22,215 nt of DNA from a virus. Position numbers and translations under genes: made by a program. The notes under the pieces were generated by a model. The model saw nothing but the letters and a program-made list of their open reading frames with translations. It was not told the origin of the DNA and ran no database searches. Positions 17,340-22,215 of the stretch are shown here, piece after piece; the stretch's first letter is position 1; each line of letters starts with the position of its first letter. The DNA is taken from the IMG/VR virus record IMGVR_UViG_3300023203_000722, positions 1-22,215 of that record; one strand, written 5' to 3'.

Positions 17340-18561
17340 TCACCCCTTCGTCTGTTTCCTCTTCTGATGCTTTTTTACCTTTATTTTCGTCAGTTTCTAG
17401 GTATCCTGATTTCTTATCTTTGTCCTTGGGATGGAAGTTAATCCAGACATTTCCTTTTTTACCTGCTAGTTCTAGTTCAGGTGTGAATAATTCATTTTCA
17501 ATATATTTTTTCAACCATTCCCTGTTGTATTCAAGGAATACAACTCTTCCACTGGTTTCACTATCCATTAATACTTCCGCTGTGGCCCTGTTACTTCCTT
17601 CTGTATCAAATAGTGCATGTGGTGTTGAAAGTCCATCGAAAATTTCATTCTTAAAATCCTGTTTATATTTTGGAATATCTGGAAGCTGACTTGTACCAAT
17701 CATTTCAGCTTCAAGCCCGAAAGGGAGAACCACAACTCCTTTTTTATGGTAATCAGTAGTGGCCTCCACAACCGCCTCCCGGGACTTTTTAGTTAAACGT
17801 TTACCTGGGGCATCCTTGTTCCCCATAGTCACAATTAAAATATTGGAATTTTTGAAAACAGTCTTCGGCATCAAATCAGATAGGACCCTACGATAGTATA
17901 CCGGATCCAGGATGTCCATCACAATGGATCTGCCCTTACCTTTTAACTCCATGTATTTGGCATTAATGATCTCTCCTGGCTGGAATGGTACAGTCCATTC
18001 TTCTAATTTTTCTTCCAGTTCCTCGAACTTTTTAGCCAGCCATCCTTTATTGGTTTCTTTGTTTCTTTGTGTTAGTTGTTTGAATCCGGTTACTTTACCA
18101 TATTCATCGTAAACCTTTTTGATTCGATAATTTTCAGCATCAAAGGCTAATATTCGGATGTGGATTCTATTTTCAATAATAATCTTATTCATGAATACCT
18201 CACCATCAACCTGACCCGCCCAGAGTAAATCCCTCATGACCTGGTTAATATCCCAGTCCGTGCTCTTACAACGTTCAATTATATAATCCACTGCGTCTTG
18301 GTTATCTCCTTCTATTACAAAGTTAGATATTGTTTTAGTGATGTTATCATTGATGATACCCTTCACTATGGGGTCGTTGGCTGCGAAACGGCAGTTCTTT
18401 ATTGTTCTTTTGACCTTGAAAGGTACCGTGTCAATAAAATCTATTGCATCTGTATCATTAGTGGTAGTGTCATCAGTGTCTATCCCTGTTTCTTCTATCG
18501 CGTTGGGTTCCGCATTCCGTAAAATGAAATTTTTGTAGTTGATCCTGTCTAATAATCCCAT
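17323..18561 (-). CDS. Portal protein, 412 aa
   Basis: Directly after terminase large; size; helical pattern (DLLWAGQVDGEVF; NEIFDGLSTPHALF; WLKKYIENELFTPEL). Confidence 0.8.
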   Translation of the reverse strand: MGLLDRINYKNFILRNAEPNAIEETGIDTDDTTTNDTDAIDFIDTVPFKVKRTIKNCRFAANDPIVKGIINDNITKTISNFVIEGDNQDAVDYIIERCKSTDWDINQVMRDLLWAGQVDGEVFMNKIIIENRIHIRILAFDAENYRIKKVYDEYGKVTGFKQLTQRNKETNKGWLAKKFEELEEKLEEWTVPFQPGEIINAKYMELKGKGRSIVMDILDPVYYRRVLSDLMPKTVFKNSNILIVTMGNKDAPGKRLTKKSREAVVEATTDYHKKGVVVLPFGLEAEMIGTSQLPDIPKYKQDFKNEIFDGLSTPHALFDTEGSNRATAEVLMDSETSGRVVFLEYNREWLKKYIENELFTPELELAGKKGNVWINFHPKDKDKKSGYLETDENKGKKASEEETDEGVNDDGD

Positions 18562-18578
18562 ATACTCCCACCACTCTT

Positions 18579-19793
18579 TTAGTAGACGTAAGCGTCTTCT
18601 TCTTCAATTTCCTGTTTTTTGTATTTGCTTAAAGGTCCAAGAACACCGTAAACATCATAGCCCATTGCATCCATGGCATGGTTCTTAAAATCAACAGGTT
18701 TATCTAAAATATTCCCATCCTTATCCTTCTGATACTTGTAATTTTTAATTTCTCTTTTAGTTTCAACACAACCAGGGCTTATGTGGATTTGTACACTGCG
18801 ATTAGTTTCCAGTCGTGCAGCAACATCTTTAACTCCCGGAACAGCATCAAAACCTTGCTGGCAAAATTCTTGAATCCTATCAGGTTCGGCAGCATCACAA
18901 TAAACTTTATCTAATTTTCCAGGTGTCAGTCCCTCATCATTTAAAACTGCAATAATCTCATCAATAAACTCGGAATTAGTTAAACGCCTTTTGTAAACTT
19001 CACGGACAATATAAGGTTCACCATCATACCAGCCAATTAATAAGAAACAGGAAGGATTATTATAACCGAAATCAACACCAGCAGTCCATTTCTCAACACC
19101 ACTGACCGGGGGCTGTTCATCCCAATTTTCAAAAACAATATTCGATAACTTACCCCACTTACCCAGAGTGTACTTATAATAAAGCTCAATATCTATCTCT
19201 TTTAACTCCTCATACTCTTTAACATACTCTTCTGGAAGAAATGGGTTCTCAGTATAATGAAAATGAAGAATAGTGCCTCTTTTTTGGCGGTGAAAATAAT
19301 TATAAATCCAATGATCTGTACCTTCAGGAGTGACCGTTAACAAGAACTGTCCAAAACTTTTCTTACTAACTATTCCACGGATACGTTTTTCAAGTTCTGC
19401 AAACACGGCAAAAGATATTTCCTCAGCCTGTTCCACCCAAACAAAATCAAGGTTAAGACTTCGAATCTTCTTAAGATCATCCAAGGGTTTAAAAAGAATC
19501 GTGGATCCAGTAGGTAACCGTATGATACCCTCATTCTTATTCTCATAAAAAGGAATACCATAATTTTCCAATGCTTCCCGGAGTTCAAGCCAACTAGTAG
19601 CCTTCAATGCAGGAAGAGTATCACGAAAAACACCAATACGAGCATTCTTATGCTCAAGACCATATTTTAAAACCTTATGAACAGCATAAATAGTTTTACC
19701 AGAACCAGCACTACCCTCAATCAATAACTTACGATCAGTCCGGTTGATGTTCTTCTTCTGCTTCCGGCTCAACCTCCACATTATCCTCTTCAT
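18579..19793 (-). CDS. terL: Terminase large subunit (PBSX-type)
   Basis: Walker A EGSAGSGKT, Walker B-like DFVWVEQAEE, coupling motif LLTVTP, RNase H-like acidic residues GVDFG, YCDAAEP and NHAMDAMGY. RBS GGGGTG. Confidence 0.95.
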   Translation of the reverse strand: MKRIMWRLSRKQKKNINRTDRKLLIEGSAGSGKTIYAVHKVLKYGLEHKNARIGVFRDTLPALKATSWLELREALENYGIPFYENKNEGIIRLPTGSTILFKPLDDLKKIRSLNLDFVWVEQAEEISFAVFAELEKRIRGIVSKKSFGQFLLTVTPEGTDHWIYNYFHRQKRGTILHFHYTENPFLPEEYVKEYEELKEIDIELYYKYTLGKWGKLSNIVFENWDEQPPVSGVEKWTAGVDFGYNNPSCFLLIGWYDGEPYIVREVYKRRLTNSEFIDEIIAVLNDEGLTPGKLDKVYCDAAEPDRIQEFCQQGFDAVPGVKDVAARLETNRSVQIHISPGCVETKREIKNYKYQKDKDGNILDKPVDFKNHAMDAMGYDVYGVLGPLSKYKKQEIEEEDAYVY

Positions 19794-20235
19794 CAGAATC
19801 CACCCCTACAATAGTAATGATGAATTCCTTCTCATCTTCAGAACCAGCCTTAAACACTTCCTGCTTAGCACGAACCGCCTGAATTCCAAGTTTTTTAATA
19901 TCCAACTCGGAAATATTCTTCTCAGGATCCACTTCCAAACCCGTATCATTAGCCACCGTGATGATATTGTCAAGAAATTCCAGATCGCTAACCGTCTGAG
20001 CAACAGCACCATTCAACCGCTCTTTACTCTTCTTTTCATGATATTCCCTGGTAGCTTCCTTGTTTATATTGAAATCATTTTTCCTGTAATTGTACAGAGT
20101 GGTCCGACCTATCTTCTCAGGTGGATCCTGCTGTTTGAGTAACTCAATGATTTCAGTGTCACCTTTACCCTCAATGATCCAGTTGTCAATCTTTTCCCTG
20201 TACTTGGATGTCTTGACTTTGTTAGGTCTGGCCAT
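19735..20235 (-). CDS. terS: Terminase small subunit (inferred), ~166 aa
   Basis: Upstream of terL and overlapping it by 59 nt. N-terminal HTH-like segment (DTEIIELL...IGRTTLYNY). ATG 20235 follows GTGGT. Confidence 0.65.
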   Translation of the reverse strand: MARPNKVKTSKYREKIDNWIIEGKGDTEIIELLKQQDPPEKIGRTTLYNYRKNDFNINKEATREYHEKKSKERLNGAVAQTVSDLEFLDNIITVANDTGLEVDPEKNISELDIKKLGIQAVRAKQEVFKAGSEDEKEFIITIVGVDSDEEDNVEVEPEAEEEHQPD

Positions 20236-20242
20236 GGAAACC

Positions 20243-20283
20243 ACTATTTCGGAAATGTTCAGAAACTATTCAAAAATGTTCAA
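20243..20283. repeat. Helically phased imperfect repeats upstream of terS
   Basis: ACTATTTCG GAAATGTTCA GAAACTATTCA AAAATGTTCA: TTC(G/A) ends at 20251, 20261, 20272 and 20282. Confidence 0.6.
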
Positions 20284-20450
20284 GAATAGGTGAGATGAAG
20301 GGCTGAAACTGTATGTTAAATAAAAAAATCTTTACAGTATTTGGGCAATTACCAAGAAGATGTCTAATTTAATTAATTGTAATTTTGTTTTACTTGTTTG
20401 TGGATAAATAAAAATGGTTTCGGAACAATCCAGTGTTTACGAACATTACA

Positions 20451-21431
20451 TTATCTAAATAAGAAAGGTTGATGTTTTTTCATAGCGTGTAACGATTTTT
20501 TGTTTGAAACTGTATAGTATGGATTTGCAGGGTAGTTAGATCCCTGTATTCCTTTAAAAAAACGTTCAATAGTACCAATTTCTTCATCTTCTAATCCGTA
20601 GGCAGTAGTCAGGATTCTTTTATCTTTGAGAAGAGAAGTATCTAATAAATCTTCGATATTTGATCGGTTGTTATATAAGTCCAATCCTAAAAAATAAACT
20701 TTCTCAGATTCTTCAATGAATTTATTAGCTTTATCAATAGTATTTAGTTCCTTAGTTTCATGAATTAACTTAATTCCTTCACTTAAGCTTAAAAGAGTTT
20801 TAGTTTCAATTTTTTCCCCATAATTTCGTCCTACCCCCCAGTCTCCTTCCCACGGTAAACTATCTAGTCTACCATATATATGAACTATTTGAAAGTTTTT
20901 CATAATAGATGCGGCATCTTTAAATGAATTTATCCGATCATATCCTTCCAATGGGCCAATCAAAAAAGTCTCAAGGGATCTATCATAATTATATGATATA
21001 ACTCTAATATTCTCAAAAATTTCTTCAAAATTGGGTCCATAAAGCGTTTCTACAAGGTATGTGTACCAATCATCAATTTCATAGATTTTATTTACATCAT
21101 TGTAGTCTTCTGGTTTGAATAATCGTGGGGTTGATTCACTTTGTGAAATTATGTCTAAAATGGCTATTTTTCCAATTTTTGTGAAATTTAAATTTTCTTT
21201 ATTTCTCTCTAAAAAAGAATCAATTGATGGGGCTTTAGAAATTTCAAATTTATGGGCAAAATCTAAAATTAATTCTTTAGGACATCCCAACTCCTTTACC
21301 CAACCGCTGTCATTTTTTACCATTTCGCGTAAAGAAGAGATAATTTTTGTTCTTAAACCCTTTCCAACAGGATAGCCATATGGTGCACTTGCCCCTGCAC
21401 CTAAAACTAGAGTAATAGGTGATTCTTTCAT
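20451..21431 (-). CDS. SIR2-like (SIR2_2-type) domain protein, 326 aa
   Basis: LVLGAGAS NAD-binding loop, ISYNYD, VHIYG and YFLG motifs in sirtuin order. Visibly more AT-rich than the structural genes. Confidence 0.85.
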   Translation of the reverse strand: MKESPITLVLGAGASAPYGYPVGKGLRTKIISSLREMVKNDSGWVKELGCPKELILDFAHKFEISKAPSIDSFLERNKENLNFTKIGKIAILDIISQSESTPRLFKPEDYNDVNKIYEIDDWYTYLVETLYGPNFEEIFENIRVISYNYDRSLETFLIGPLEGYDRINSFKDAASIMKNFQIVHIYGRLDSLPWEGDWGVGRNYGEKIETKTLLSLSEGIKLIHETKELNTIDKANKFIEESEKVYFLGLDLYNNRSNIEDLLDTSLLKDKRILTTAYGLEDEEIGTIERFFKGIQGSNYPANPYYTVSNKKSLHAMKKHQPFLFR

Positions 21432-21453
21432 ATTAGTTAGTACAATAATTTAA

Positions 21454-21468
21454 TATAATAATTTTTCC
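21454..21468 (-). promoter_or_regulatory. BRE-TATA promoter for the SIR2-like gene, probably giving a leaderless mRNA
   Basis: Minus strand reads GGAAAAA-TTATTATA ending about 23 nt before ATG 21431. No RBS is present. Confidence 0.55.
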
Positions 21469-21475
21469 AAAAAAA
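21469..21475 (-). terminator. Oligo-T terminator after the 81-aa membrane gene
   Basis: T7 run on the minus strand about 20 nt after the stop at 21497. Confidence 0.4.
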
Positions 21476-21496
21476 TAATATTCTTCACCCATGATA

Positions 21497-21742
21497 TTAT
21501 TTGCCACAATTAACCTCACCAAATTTTTCTTTACTCACTCTTTTCAATTTCTTCAAAAACTTCTTATACTCTGTTTTGTCGCTAATTTCACCATTTAAGC
21601 ATGCTACCCATTGCAACATCAAATTCATGTTTGTTTCTAGTTTTGCTAGTCGGGTTGTGATGTTGATGAGCATCGTGATTAAAAAAATCGAGAGAGCAAC
21701 CAATGGTGCTATAATCGCAACAATAATCTCTAAAGTAGTCAT
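21497..21742 (-). CDS. Small single-TM protein with coiled coil; holin-like candidate
   Basis: IIVAIIAPLVALSIFLITMLI hydrophobic helix, then RLAKLETNM and a Lys-rich tail. RBS GGAAGG. Confidence 0.6.
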   Translation of the reverse strand: MTTLEIIVAIIAPLVALSIFLITMLINITTRLAKLETNMNLMLQWVACLNGEISDKTEYKKFLKKLKRVSKEKFGEVNCGK

Positions 21743-21795
21743 AATAGGTCCTTCCTGCCTTCCTCTCCCATCTATAAAAGCCCCTTATAGATTTT

Positions 21796-22026
21796 TTAGT
21801 TTAACTGAAATTGAGGGAATTTAACTTTAATGTAGAGTCGTGCTACAGCTGCAAGTATCAGAACTAATCCAAGTGGAGTTATTGACTGGTCTCTCGATAT
21901 TGCATCTCCAAGGTACACAATGAATATCAAAACCCAAAGAGAAATTTCCTGTAATACTGCATTTCTCTTGTTGTTTTCTAATCCTTCAGTTATGGTTTCT
22001 TCTGGTTTAGTTTCCTCTTCTGCCAT
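21796..22026 (-). CDS. Small protein with two hydrophobic segments; holin-like candidate
   Basis: Acidic N-terminus, then ISLWVLIFIVYLG and ITPLGLVLILAAVARLYI. RBS GGAGATGG. Confidence 0.6.
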   Translation of the reverse strand: MAEEETKPEETITEGLENNKRNAVLQEISLWVLIFIVYLGDAISRDQSITPLGLVLILAAVARLYIKVKFPQFQLN

Positions 22027-22215
22027 TATTCCATCTCCATTTTTAGTTCTTTTTTGTTCATTAAATAATGAAAATCAGTATCTAAGATTAGTATAATGTC
22101 CAGTGTCTTCAGGCTGTCGCGGGTGCAGCTGCATTGCAGTTGTGGCCATGGTAACTGAACAATCTAGTAAACTGTGAGATTGTATGCCATGAATAAGAAA
22201 AAGAAAAGTATCCAT

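Larger units (their letters stand above)
1..22215 (-). mobile_element. Head-tail morphogenesis region of an archaeal tailed virus or provirus (siphovirus-like), probable Methanobacteriales host
   Basis: Co-oriented terminase, portal, capsid, tail tube, tape measure and baseplate genes in canonical order; no sheath gene; archaeal-type RBS and BRE-TATA; Pei-like domain. No integrase or att site is visible, so provirus versus free virus is undetermined. Confidence 0.93.

Noticed and set aside
22075-22215. 46-codon minus-strand ORF beginning at the window edge, and palindrome TGCAGCTGCA at 22124-22133
   Set aside because: Truncated context, no motif, and competing frames are equally plausible. 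A single 10-bp palindrome can occur by chance, so neither a gene nor an ncRNA can be supported.
1-22215. CRISPR array, tRNA, integrase/att site, diversity-generating retroelement or tail sheath gene
   Set aside because: No regularly spaced repeats, cloverleaf, recombinase or reverse transcriptase motifs, adenine-specific TR/VR pair or sheath-sized ORF was seen.

Overview
The window is an apparently intact virion morphogenesis module of a tailed dsDNA virus or provirus (Caudoviricetes, long non-contractile tail, no sheath gene), encoded almost entirely on the minus strand. The order from right to left is: two small membrane proteins, a SIR2-like gene, terminase small and large subunits, portal, MuF/gp7-like protein, protease-scaffold, putative decoration protein, major capsid protein, second decoration protein, adaptor, tail terminator, small protein, tail tube, tail assembly chaperone with its extension, HK97 gp10-like protein, a plus-strand 3-gene insertion, tape measure, Dit-like protein and baseplate hub. 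The host is inferred to be an archaeon of the Methanobacteriales from GGAGGTGA/GGGGTG-type ribosome binding sites, BRE-TATA promoters and a pseudomurein-endoisopeptidase-like Cys-His-Asp domain. Highlights: (1) a transglutaminase-fold/Pei-like protease domain with a full triad inside the tape measure C-terminus; (2) a self-contained AT-rich SIR2-like moron; (3) an antisense RHH + SHOCT/glycine-zipper + membrane-anchored protein cassette with phased operator-like repeats, splitting the tail operon; (4) a tail chaperone pair needing a +1/-2 rather than -1 frameshift; (5) a protease-scaffold gene whose N-terminal 40 codons lack an ATG/GTG/TTG start; (6) an EQ in place of EE in the terminase Walker B. 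All product calls come from reading motifs and gene order by eye. No database search was run, and integration versus free virus cannot be decided from this window.
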